Positions 11,223 to 20,434 of a stretch of DNA of 29,083 nucleotides are shown in pieces. The stretch comes from a virus. Taxonomy: Duplodnaviria; Heunggongvirae; Uroviricota; Caudoviricetes. Within the stretch, counting starts at the first letter, position 1; each line of letters starts with the position of its first letter. A model generated the notes under the pieces. The model searched no databases, was not told the DNA's origin, and worked only from the letters and a program-made list of their open reading frames with translations. The translations under genes were made by a program, and so were the position numbers. The stretch is taken from the IMG/VR virus record IMGVR_UViG_3300029092_000236; one strand, 5' to 3'.

Positions 11223-11582
11223 TATTACCTTTTGAAGAAGTTAGCCCTTGGGCAGAATGGTCCGAAAAAAAATATCAGAGAGAAAAACCAACAAGGAAAT
11301 CTCAAGAGGTACAAATAATAAAATTATAACAATGACTGCTTCAGATAATTTTGTAACAAACCAGAACACCATTAACGCATGATTAACCAACCATAGCAAG
11401 GATTACTTTTGTAAAGAAAAACACACGAATGAAACAATAGCTTTATTTATTAATAAAACGTGTCATTCTGTCTAATGACCTTTTATCTTACCCTTAAGAT
11501 TTCAAGGATTTTGACTCATGGAAGAGTCCTTTTTATTTAAATTTCACATTCAGCGCTAAAAATAATCCGATTTAATATTAAT

Positions 11583-12610
<1,028 letters not shown>

Positions 12611-12723
12611 GGATATTTATCAGGATTTATCGGCTTCAAATCCCCGGATATGTTAAATCTTACCTCACCAGTGATGGGCACTGGCGGGAGGAGGATGTCA
12701 ATCTGATAAACACAGAGGTGACT

Positions 12724-12984
12724 ATGGATTACACAAATCTACCAAAACAAACTTTTGCTGATTTAATCGCACTCAGGCAAGCAGTCGTAGCTCTAATCAA
12801 CTTGTTGCCGGAGAAGGAAAAGGAATTAGTTAAAGCGCTTCTTAACAGAACTGCCGCCGATTTTTCATCATATCCACTGACAGATGACCTTGCGGACCTT
12901 CCTGAATTAATTGCAGCGTCCGCCATTAAGCTTACTGAAGAGATTTACCCTCCTCAAAAATCTTCACAAAATTCCTGCGAGTAA
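12724..12984 (+). CDS. Hypothetical acidic helical protein (86 aa), opposite strand inside the lysis cassette
   Basis: ATG at 12724 with AGAGGTG 6 nt upstream. Its 3' end overlaps the 3' end of the convergent 183-aa gene by about 50 nt. No family recognised. Confidence 0.4.
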   Translation: MDYTNLPKQTFADLIALRQAVVALINLLPEKEKELVKALLNRTAADFSSYPLTDDLADLPELIAASAIKLTEEIYPPQKSSQNSCE

Positions 12985-13483
12985 CTTCAATGCAATAATC
13001 GTAAAACGCCGCAAACTGCTCATCGCGGCGTTTTTTTTCATCTTCAGAAGGGATCAGCACCGACAATTTTTTATTCAGATCAGCGACGCTGCCCTCCAGT
13101 TTTTCAATGGGCGATTCAATATCATCTTTTTCTGACCGCAATGCCGTCGGTGGCGTCTTCAGAGAACCAGTAATTCTTCCCGGTAGCTTTCCTTTGTAGG
13201 TTATCCACACATTCTGCGCCTCTAAAATTATGGGGCGCTTTTCCGGCGACTGCTCATCCCCTACACATAACCCGGCAGCAACATCCAGGAATACCTGTCT
13301 GATTCTCATTCTGGCTGCTGCCTCATAAAACTCCAGCGCGGCACCTTCAACACGGTCCAGCGAGATGTCCAGGTCAAAAATTTCACCGTCAAAGCGTTTT
13401 TTGTCCCGTAAGGCTACAGTTACCGCCACTTTATTCTCAAAATTGCGGACTCCTTTCACAACCAGTTCATAGTCTTGTGTCAT
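12932..13483 (-). CDS. Hypothetical protein (183 aa) inserted between holin and endolysin
   Basis: ATG at 13481-13483 sits 4 nt after the holin stop, with a purine-rich stretch upstream. 549-nt ORF without transmembrane segments, charged C-terminal half. No family recognised. Confidence 0.5.
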   Translation of the reverse strand: MTQDYELVVKGVRNFENKVAVTVALRDKKRFDGEIFDLDISLDRVEGAALEFYEAAARMRIRQVFLDVAAGLCVGDEQSPEKRPIILEAQNVWITYKGKLPGRITGSLKTPPTALRSEKDDIESPIEKLEGSVADLNKKLSVLIPSEDEKKRRDEQFAAFYDYCIEVTRRNFVKIFEEGKSLQ

Positions 13484-13487
13484 TGGA

Positions 13488-13703
13488 TTACTCTCTTCTC
13501 GCAACCTTACGCCTGTCTTCTTTAATCTTGAAATAAAGGTTTGTCAGATACGTCAGCAGGCCAAAAACCAGACTACCCAGCACACCGATTGCAGCCCACT
13601 GTGACGGAGTTACTTTATCGAGTAACTGCAATGCCCAGAAACCAGCATTACCAGCCGATGTGCCATAGGCGATACCTGTTGTTAACTTATCCATTGATTT
13701 CAT
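13488..13703 (-). CDS. Class II holin / pinholin (phage 21 S-like), dual-start motif
   Basis: 71 aa [71 protein letters not shown]. Two transmembrane segments, MKSM dual start, close to recalled S21/EssD. Strong RBS GGGGTGAGG. Confidence 0.85.
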   Translation of the reverse strand: MKSMDKLTTGIAYGTSAGNAGFWALQLLDKVTPSQWAAIGVLGSLVFGLLTYLTNLYFKIKEDRRKVARRE

Positions 13704-13921
13704 ATCCTCACCCCGATGTACACAGATGGTGCAATATGTTTGAAAAGATCGGAGTCTATGGGTTAGTTTTTATAGCAAACGTTGTTCTCAACGGCGCTAA
13801 AAAACAGACACATTAAAAATGTGGGTAATTATTTTAAAAGAAAATCATATATTAAATAATAATACGAGATATGTTTTCATATTTAGTGTACTGTATACGG
13901 CCATTTATACAGGAAAAGCCT

Positions 13922-14092
13922 ATGTCAGAACGTAAAGACTCAAAATCACGCCGTAATTATCTCGTTAAATGTTCCTGCCCAAACTGCACCCAAGAGTCAG
14001 AACACAGTTTTTCAAGAGTACAAAAAGGTGCCCTTTTGATCTGCCCTCATTGCAACAAAGTATTCCAGACAAATCTTAAAGCTGTAGCTTGA
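13922..14092 (+). CDS. Small zinc-ribbon protein (56 aa; CxxC...CxxC)
   Basis: ATG at 13922 preceded by AGGAAAAG. Product MSERKDSKSRRNYLVKCSCPNCTQESEHSFSRVQKGALLICPHCNKVF... with four Cys in two CxxC pairs. Own terminator downstream. Confidence 0.5.
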   Translation: MSERKDSKSRRNYLVKCSCPNCTQESEHSFSRVQKGALLICPHCNKVFQTNLKAVA

Positions 14093-14149
14093 TTGATTTT
14101 ATTCGTAACAAGTATTTTTTATATTTTAATAACATATTTAAAGCAGATA

Positions 14150-14176
14150 ATAAAAAACCCGCCTGAGCGGGTTTAA
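14150..14176. terminator. Bidirectional hairpin terminator, stronger on the minus strand
   Basis: AACCCGC-CTGA-GCGGGTT stem-loop at 14156-14173. Minus-strand reading is followed by TTTTTTATTATC; plus-strand T-tract is weaker. Confidence 0.55.
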
Positions 14177-14455
14177 TATTGTGGTACTTTTTGTGGGAGT
14201 CATTCACTTACGCACTTTGTTTTGCTATGCCAGCAGTTAGCTTCTGCTGTAAAACTATTCATGCAGCAAACCTGCACTTCACCACAATGGTTAGCATACT
14301 TTTCCTGATTAAGTTATTGCCAAATATGCTGGCCATTGTTTCATGTATTGGACCTCCTTACTATTTATTAAAGAGATCCAATATTCACCACTCTGTCTGT
14401 ATCTCCACTCAGGCATCAGCCTTCTTCGTTATCGTATACAGACAAACTATGAATT

Positions 14456-14671
14456 TTAATCAGTAATTATGACATTTGCTGCTGCAGGACCTTTAGCACC
14501 ACTCTCTACAGAGAAGGTAACCTTTTGACCTTCAAACAAGGTTCGAAAATTATCATTCTGAATCGCAGAAAAATGCACAAACACATCTTTACTACCATCA
14601 ACAGGAGAAATAAAGCCAAAACCTTTATCAGCGTTAAACCATTTTACTAAACCAGTCATTTTATTTGACAT
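14456..14671 (-). CDS. cspB: Cold-shock protein, CspA family (CspB-like)
   Basis: 71 aa [71 protein letters not shown], close to recalled CspB. Confidence 0.85.
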   Translation of the reverse strand: MSNKMTGLVKWFNADKGFGFISPVDGSKDVFVHFSAIQNDNFRTLFEGQKVTFSVESGAKGPAAANVIITD

Positions 14672-14971
14672 TCTACATTCCTTAACTTGAGCCTTTCGGC
14701 ATAAATGGCTTGTATAACAGAAACGACTTCGTACTTAATTGGAGAGACTCAAAGAAGGAATAAGTGAATAACACCTGAAATGAGAACTGCTTTAGTAAAC
14801 TACTTCGTATATCGTCTGTTCTTCAAACCGACGCAATCATTAACGCATAGTTGAACATATGAAGCAATGTTTATTTTAGACATCCAGCCATCTTCAACCC
14901 CATCAAAAAACTATAGCTTTCTTCAGGAACGTGTGTATAGTGCGCCCAGTTATCAGTATTAAGGAATTTTT

Positions 14972-15184
14972 TTGTCCCGTAAAATGACAGGAATTGTCAA
15001 AACCTTTGACGGCAAAAGCGGCAAGGGTCTTATCACCCCATCCGATGGTCGTATCGATGTCCAGCTTCATGTTTCAGCGCTCAATCTCCGCGATGCAGAA
15101 GAAATTACCACCGGATTACGCGTGGAATTTTGCCGGATAAATGGTCTGCGTGGCCCTTCAGCTGCCAATGTTTACCTTTCATGA
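14972..15184 (+). CDS. Cold-shock-domain protein, CspF/CspH-like
   Basis: 70 aa [70 protein letters not shown]. Divergent from the cspB-like gene, as in the Qin prophage. Confidence 0.8.
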
Positions 15185-15465
15185 GCTATATTAAAGCTTT
15201 AATTTCAGGCCCCATCGAATCAAACATGGAGAGTTTTCATGAATAACCCCGTCTGTCTTGATGACTGGTTGATTGGCTTTAAAAGCTTATGCTGTACTTT
15301 GACCGTAATAGCTCTGCTAATAATGTAATATGCAGACTCATTGTATCTAGGGACATAGTACTGGAAGAAAACATTTTAAACATCAGGCAAAGTCACCCGA
15401 TAAATAATAAGTAAACAAACATGAATCCCGGAATGAGATTCAACATCTCTATTACCCTATCTAAA

Positions 15466-15505
15466 GCACAAAAACCCGCTCATCAGCGGGTTTTCTACTT
15501 TTTCT
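15466..15505. terminator. Bidirectional rho-independent terminator; candidate tR' downstream of the late promoter
   Basis: Hairpin AAAACCCGCT-CATC-AGCGGGTTTT at 15471-15494 with T-tracts on both strands. On the minus strand it lies about 45-60 nt below the predicted late-promoter start. Confidence 0.6.
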
Positions 15506-15539
15506 TAACGTCGGGTATATAAAGCCCATCGTTGAAAAA

Positions 15540-15568
15540 ATTTTATCCATATTTTTTGAAAAATGCAA
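15540..15568 (-). promoter_or_regulatory. Candidate Q-dependent late promoter (pR'-like) with presumed qut region
   Basis: On the minus strand just downstream of the Q stop: -35 TTGCAT (15563-15568), 17-nt spacer, -10 TAAAAT (15540-15545). Confidence 0.45.
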
Positions 15569-15599
15569 GCATTACGTCGCCATCTTCGGCGAAAATCAT

Positions 15600-16352
15600 T
15601 TATCTCGTCACTTTTCTTAATTGCACCTCAGCATATGCTTCTTCCTGCCAGCACTTTGTAACCAGTTTATCAATGACATCTGCATATCCTTTGTACCACT
15701 GATAATCAGTCAGGTCTGGTACCAGCTTCTGGACATGACACCGCGCCAGTGTCGTTGGTAAACGACTAAACCGGTTTCCATTGCAACGCCCACAAATCTT
15801 ATAAACAGGCGCGCCATGAAGCCGGGTCCTTTTTTCATCCAGGACAATACCTTTACCCTTACACCCTCTGCACGCTGTGCTGACTTCTCCCTTACCATGA
15901 CAATGCTGACATAGTTCCTTCACCCACTCTTCCTTGATAACAGACTCCCCGCTTCTGGAGTATTTCACCACTTCGCGCAATACATTATGAAATCCAGTAC
16001 CAGCACAAGGCTCACAGCGAGCCTTACTTGCCGCAGACCTGGAATAATCAGCAAAGGCAAAACTCACAAGGTAAGGGATGATCTGTAACCGGATTTCTTC
16101 ACTCAATTTGTTCAATGTCGGGTTATCCAGTGCCATCGCGTAATTGAGCAGACCTTCAATCGCAAAGTGAGGATCCTGAACGCCAGCTTTTGCCAGGAAT
16201 AAGGCAAACCCAAGCGGTGCTTTCGACTGCACCATCCCCTGCGCAGCCATCACATCCGTAATCGTTAAACCACCTGAGCCTGTCGCCGGTGCGGCATCAC
16301 TCAATTTTGGAGATTTTGGGGAGTAATATTTTGGTAAGGCTTCAAGGTTCAT
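15600..16352 (-). CDS. Antitermination protein Q (QuuD/QuuQ-like, zinc-binding)
   Basis: 250 aa from ATG at 16350-16352 (MNLEALPKYYSPKSPK...), GGAG RBS. Cys-rich C-terminal half (CEPCAGTG, CQHCHGKG, CRGCKGKG, CGRCNG) typical of lambdoid Q homologs in E. coli prophages. Confidence 0.85.
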   Translation of the reverse strand: MNLEALPKYYSPKSPKLSDAAPATGSGGLTITDVMAAQGMVQSKAPLGFALFLAKAGVQDPHFAIEGLLNYAMALDNPTLNKLSEEIRLQIIPYLVSFAFADYSRSAASKARCEPCAGTGFHNVLREVVKYSRSGESVIKEEWVKELCQHCHGKGEVSTACRGCKGKGIVLDEKRTRLHGAPVYKICGRCNGNRFSRLPTTLARCHVQKLVPDLTDYQWYKGYADVIDKLVTKCWQEEAYAEVQLRKVTR

Positions 16353-16365
16353 GCTCGTTCTCCAC

Positions 16366-17361
16366 TTACGCCAGTACGCCAATTGCCAGCGCACGATCGA
16401 TAAAACGAAATATCAGCTCCAGTTGGGAGCCATACTTCTCTTCAAATGTCACGGTATCCGCATGCAGCTCGTCGTGATGCTTTCTGCACAAAGGCAACAC
16501 AAAGAGATCATGCGCTTTTGTACCCATTCCACCCTGACCGTGGCCTATCAGGTGGTGGGGATCATCAGCTGGCTTTCCACAACATGCGCACGGCTGCGTC
16601 TTAACCCAGCGCGTGTACTTTTCATTAACCCAGCGGCGACGTTTGGGGCGTAACATAAAAGACTCCGGCGACTCCGGATCCACTTTCAGCGCCAGCACCT
16701 TTTTCGCTTTATCCTGGATGATGCTGGTGGCAGGAACCGAAGGCACAAGGTCACTTTCCCGGGTGACAGATGGCACAACAGGCTTCGGTAATCTCAGTGC
16801 CTTACGGGCTGCACTTTCCGGTAAGGCATCCGCCAAATCATTACGAACCAGCCACCAGCACAGTTCCGGCATTGTCACAACGTGACTGTCATCAAAACCG
16901 AGATCCCGACGCACGACAGACAACACCCAGCGGGCACAGTTATCCGTTGCCATTGATTCCAGCCGTTCCGTGAACTGGTCACGCAGCTGGTTATCGCAGT
17001 GCCAGCACAGACGAATTGCTCCCGGAGCGTGCCGCATTGTGGTCATGTTCTCGCTGTGCCAGTCGGAATGAGGCCACTGACAGCCCTTTTCACGAAGTAA
17101 CCAGCTTTCAAGACATTCCACGCCACCAGCACGACGGATCACTGCCTCATTGCGGAACACGGCCCGAACGGCAGGATCATCCGCCAGCGGTTGTGATGCC
17201 GCCGGAACGGCACCACTGGCGAAAGATGAATAACGTTCCGGCTCAGGCTCCAGCAGGACACGCCCCTGCATAAACAGGGGCATCAGCTCTGAACCTGGCC
17301 TGAACAATACAATCCCCATACGCGGGGCAATTTCAGGGGTCAGTAGTGCTCTCACGGTCAC
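16366..17361 (-). CDS. DUF968-family protein (YdfU-like) with HNH-like Cys/His motif
   Basis: C-terminal QPCACCGKPADDPHHLIGHGQGG...LCRKHHDELH resembles an HNH/zinc-finger nuclease signature. Lies immediately upstream of Q, as ydfU does in Qin. Start ambiguous: GTG at 17361 or ATG at 17319. Confidence 0.65.
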   Translation of the reverse strand: MTVRALLTPEIAPRMGIVLFRPGSELMPLFMQGRVLLEPEPERYSSFASGAVPAASQPLADDPAVRAVFRNEAVIRRAGGVECLESWLLREKGCQWPHSDWHSENMTTMRHAPGAIRLCWHCDNQLRDQFTERLESMATDNCARWVLSVVRRDLGFDDSHVVTMPELCWWLVRNDLADALPESAARKALRLPKPVVPSVTRESDLVPSVPATSIIQDKAKKVLALKVDPESPESFMLRPKRRRWVNEKYTRWVKTQPCACCGKPADDPHHLIGHGQGGMGTKAHDLFVLPLCRKHHDELHADTVTFEEKYGSQLELIFRFIDRALAIGVLA

Positions 17362-17362
17362 C

Positions 17363-18160
17363 TCAATGAACGGTATCGAGCAGCTTTAACAGCTCAGGGA
17401 ATCGGGATTCGAAGAAATGCGGCTGCGTCTCGCGCGGATTTGCAGGACTGGTGATGTTCTTGCCGAACATGCAGCCTTTCGCCGTCAGCGACCAGAATTT
17501 TTTGATGTTGTTAATCGCGGTACGGCTGTATCGTTCGCGTTGTTCAACGATCCCCAGCTTCACCATCTGGTGATATGCCTGATTAGCCGTCAGGCGGATA
17601 CCATACTGCCTCAGCAGTGCACTCAGAGACAGCGTGGGGCGACTTGAGCCATCGTGTGCATCAGCAGGAGCATCAATGGCATAGCGCGGTGCCAGATTCG
17701 GTAAGCCAACAGCCTCCTGGAGTTTCTGGCAGGCACCAAGCACTGAAGAGTTAGACAGGTTTAATTCCCGGCGCATAAAGTCCAGCAGAATCACACCAGC
17801 CTGCATCTTGTCAGCAGCCTGTCCGGATAATTTTTCCGGTGCGCTGGTTACCATGTCGAAAGTACGGATCACCTTCAGATGGAATGACGGGCTGATCCAC
17901 ATTGCATAGGCATACACCAGTTCTTTGCAGACATACGTCCCCTGGTTATTTCCGCCACGAATAACGTTAACTGGCTCTATATTGACCGAGTTGCAAATCT
18001 GCAACTCGCTTATTAAACGCTCAGTTTGCTCATTGCGGAGCCAGAATGCGGGCTTATGCTTATCCAGAGAACCAGCAGCCCTGTGCAGATCGTTCAGGCT
18101 GTAACGCCCATAAGCATCACGACGAACTTCAATACCATCAATAACCATCAGATTATTCAT
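17363..18160 (-). CDS. KilA-N domain protein
   Basis: N-terminus MNNLMVIDGIEVRRDAYGRYSLNDLHRAAG...KPAFWLRNEQTERLISEL matches the KilA-N pattern. ATG at 18158-18160 with GAGGAG upstream. Confidence 0.6.
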   Translation of the reverse strand: MNNLMVIDGIEVRRDAYGRYSLNDLHRAAGSLDKHKPAFWLRNEQTERLISELQICNSVNIEPVNVIRGGNNQGTYVCKELVYAYAMWISPSFHLKVIRTFDMVTSAPEKLSGQAADKMQAGVILLDFMRRELNLSNSSVLGACQKLQEAVGLPNLAPRYAIDAPADAHDGSSRPTLSLSALLRQYGIRLTANQAYHQMVKLGIVEQRERYSRTAINNIKKFWSLTAKGCMFGKNITSPANPRETQPHFFESRFPELLKLLDTVH

Positions 18161-18179
18161 ACTTCGTTTCTCCTCTTAA

Positions 18180-18569
18180 TCAGGCGGCTGCACCCGCCGT
18201 TTTCTCGTACTTACTGATAGTGATCTCGACCTTCCCTTCCGGGATAACCGGTCCCCACTCCACCAGCATTCTTTTCACCTGACTGTCGTCTTCCCACACA
18301 CCCGCGTGGGTCAGGGCGTCAAACAGCGCCTTGTTATAGTTGTCCAGATCGCGGATCCGGTTATCCGGAGGAAACAACACGATCTCCACTGAAGCAGGTG
18401 CCGACGTTGGTTTTGGCAGACGACGTAACTGCTCAAATATTGCTGCACACGCCGCGCTCTGGAATTTGCGCCCCGCCGCGCTTATCAGGCTCTTACCAGC
18501 AAACGCCCCTTTGTTGGGGTGTCGCCAGTACGTGTTCACGCTGGGCGGGAAAGGCAGGATCAGCTTCAT
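18180..18569 (-). CDS. rusA: RusA-family Holliday junction resolvase
   Basis: 129 aa with PPSVNTYWRH and the conserved DLDNYNKALFDALT acidic block, as in RusA (recalled DLDNLQKAAFDALT). Confidence 0.8.
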   Translation of the reverse strand: MKLILPFPPSVNTYWRHPNKGAFAGKSLISAAGRKFQSAACAAIFEQLRRLPKPTSAPASVEIVLFPPDNRIRDLDNYNKALFDALTHAGVWEDDSQVKRMLVEWGPVIPEGKVEITISKYEKTAGAAA

Positions 18570-18892
18570 ACTTTCAGGCCCCTCTCATGTAACCAGTGGG
18601 CTGCACGCAGTCTGGCGTTTTCCTCACCGGCAAGCAGTGCACGGATAATCCCGGCTGCCTCGCTGTCGTCGTCCTTCACTGTGGTATGAAGCGTGATACC
18701 CCGGGCCACGCCACGCTTTATCGTGATGACGCCTTTTTTCTCCAGTGCGCGAAGATGCTCCACCGCTGCATTCACCGAACGGTATCCCAGCATGGCTGCC
18801 ACCTCCTGATTGGTTGGCGGGAAACCACGTTCTTTCTGATAAGAAATCAGCATATCCAGCACCTGCTGCTGGCATTGAGTTAACGTCGTCAT
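18566..18892 (-). CDS. LexA N-terminal DNA-binding-domain-only protein
   Basis: From ATG at 18890-18892: MTTLTQCQQQVLDMLISYQKERGFPPTNQEVAAMLGYRSVNAAVEHLRALEKKGVITIKRGVARGITL parallels the E. coli LexA N-domain (recalled MKALTARQQEVF...GIRLL). No S24 peptidase domain. Coupled to neighbours (TAATG, ATGA). Confidence 0.6.
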   Translation of the reverse strand: MTTLTQCQQQVLDMLISYQKERGFPPTNQEVAAMLGYRSVNAAVEHLRALEKKGVITIKRGVARGITLHTTVKDDDSEAAGIIRALLAGEENARLRAAHWLHERGLKV

Positions 18893-19380
18893 TAAGCCCA
18901 CACGTAATTCCCTGACAGATACCACTCATCACCCGATACAGCGCGCTTGCTGCTTTTCCGTAAGCACCGCTCACGGCGCGCCAGAAAATTGTTTCGTTCT
19001 GACTGGGAGTGGCTTTCACGGAATGCCGCCATCCACACGGTTGCAGCACGACGGTATAAGCCCCTGGACTCCAGTTCTTCAGCCTGGCGGGTCAGGCACA
19101 AAATTACCCGGGGATCGTTAGTGCCGACATAGAAATTGCGCACAGGTCTGGTTTCACGAACTGGTTGTGGTTCCGGCTCCTGCGCTCTCTCAGTCAGGCG
19201 CGGGAAATGTCTGCGTGTATCTCCTTCACAACGGTGAGCCACACGCCCACTCTGACGTAACTTGCTTGCTGACTGCAGAACGCGCTGCCGTGAGTAACCT
19301 GCAAAAGCATCTGCAATGTCTCCGGAAGTACACCCCGGATGGGCTTCAATGAATTTCTGAACTTCATTCAAAAGACTCAT
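18892..19380 (-). CDS. Hypothetical regulator: N-terminal winged-helix-like region, C-terminal PerC-like motif
   Basis: C-terminal AEELESRGLYRRAATVWMAAFRESHSQSERNNFLARRERCL resembles the recalled PerC/Pch motif (GLWRRAA..W). Assignment is tentative. Confidence 0.4.
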   Translation of the reverse strand: MSLLNEVQKFIEAHPGCTSGDIADAFAGYSRQRVLQSASKLRQSGRVAHRCEGDTRRHFPRLTERAQEPEPQPVRETRPVRNFYVGTNDPRVILCLTRQAEELESRGLYRRAATVWMAAFRESHSQSERNNFLARRERCLRKSSKRAVSGDEWYLSGNYVWA

Positions 19381-19382
19381 GA

Positions 19383-20201
19383 TTACCCCCTGAATCCTGC
19401 CGGGATCTGGCTGTAGTCCACGTTGTCGTAACTGGCTTTGAAGTACGGGTCCTCGCGTCTGGCTGCAGATACCGCAGGAACTTCCCAGGATTCTTCGAAA
19501 TGACGATCCGGACCAAAGAACGTGACAGCCTGTTTCACAAATTGTGTGCCGCTGTTACCCATCGCAGATACCCAGCCCGCGTAGCGTTTCACACCTTCCA
19601 GCATGGTTTCGGGTTTTACCCCCTCATTCAAACGGGCTTTCCAGGCTTTGAAGGCTGCAGATTTTGAATTGCCACCAGCACGTTTGGGGTATGCCAGCCA
19701 TGCCTGCTCAAACTCCGGAGAGTATTCCGGTCGGTTTGAACGAACTCGCACAGACTCATCAGCAGATGCACCAACAGCTATTGGTTCATTGACTGGTTCT
19801 TTGACTGGTTCAAAAGAGTGACTGGTTCTGGGTGAATCTCCTGCACCACCCCCTGGTGCAACTCCTGCACTACCTGGTGAATTTGCTGCACCAGATAGTG
19901 AATTATTTGCACTACCCCCTAGTGAATCTCCTGCACCATCAAGATGAAGGAGATAGATATTACTTGAGTTACCTTTTTCACCTTTCCGGGTGACTTTTTT
20001 TACCAGCCCGGAATCACAAAGGGCCGCAATATGATTCATCACAGAACGTTTGCTAATCTCGCACTGGTCAGCAATATGCTGGTAGCTGGGCCAGCACTCA
20101 CCCTGATCGCTGGCATTATCAGCCAGCTTGATCAGAACCAGTTTTCGCAATGGATTACCCACTCGAATTTTCATCGCTTTAACCATCAGCTCCATACTCA
20201 T
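19383..20201 (-). CDS. Replication initiator (lambda O-like organiser) with low-complexity linker encoded by iterons
   Basis: ATG at 20199-20201 with GGAGG upstream. N-terminal winged-helix region (LRKLVLIKLADNASDQGECWPSYQHIADQCEISKRSVMNHIAALCDSGLV), a Gly/Ser/Ala-rich middle encoded by the repeats at 19781-19940, and C-terminal PEFEQAWLAYPKR...AFKAWKARL. Confidence 0.7.
   Translation of the reverse strand: MSMELMVKAMKIRVGNPLRKLVLIKLADNASDQGECWPSYQHIADQCEISKRSVMNHIAALCDSGLVKKVTRKGEKGNSSNIYLLHLDGAGDSLGGSANNSLSGAANSPGSAGVAPGGGAGDSPRTSHSFEPVKEPVNEPIAVGASADESVRVRSNRPEYSPEFEQAWLAYPKRAGGNSKSAAFKAWKARLNEGVKPETMLEGVKRYAGWVSAMGNSGTQFVKQAVTFFGPDRHFEESWEVPAVSAARREDPYFKASYDNVDYSQIPAGFRG
19781..19940. 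repeat. Iteron array (candidate replication origin) inside the initiator gene
   Basis: At least three tandem copies of TGACTGGTTC (19790-19829) followed by about five roughly 22-bp repeats of the form RGTGAATCTCCTGCACCA (19831-19938), then a moderately AT-rich stretch. Arrangement parallels lambda ori inside gene O. Confidence 0.6.
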
Positions 20202-20434
20202 GCTGCACCTCCGAGATGCTTCATGTTTTTTCCGGAGCAAAAGGCTATAAGCGGCATACTGATGCGGTAATTACGGCCCAGCGGTTCACAAATCACCTTC
20301 TGACATTCACGGTCAACCAGGCTAACACGTAGAACATGCCCTGCAGGCGTGGTGTACCACTGCCCAACTGTAGGAATTGATGTTTTTTTACGCTGAAGCA
20401 AACGGCAAATATTGAGGATCAACGGATTAAGCAT
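20198..20434 (-). CDS. Hypothetical protein (78 aa), translationally coupled upstream of the initiator
   Basis: ATG at 20432-20434 with GGAGGG upstream; its stop overlaps the initiator start (ATGA). Basic, Cys-containing. No family recognised. Confidence 0.45.
   Translation of the reverse strand: MLNPLILNICRLLQRKKTSIPTVGQWYTTPAGHVLRVSLVDRECQKVICEPLGRNYRISMPLIAFCSGKNMKHLGGAA

Noticed and set aside
13888-13912. Canonical LexA SOS box upstream of the zinc-ribbon gene
   Set aside because: The half-sites resemble LexA-box halves but the spacing is CTGT-N14-ACAG, not the canonical N8. Kept only as an SOS-box-like inverted repeat.
15239-15328. 29-codon ORF ([29 protein letters not shown]) with GGAGAG upstream, just after the CspF/H-like gene; considered as a small membrane toxin or leader peptide
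   Set aside because: Very short, the hydrophobic stretch is too brief for a typical transmembrane helix, and it lies in a terminator-proximal region. Evidence is insufficient without conservation data.
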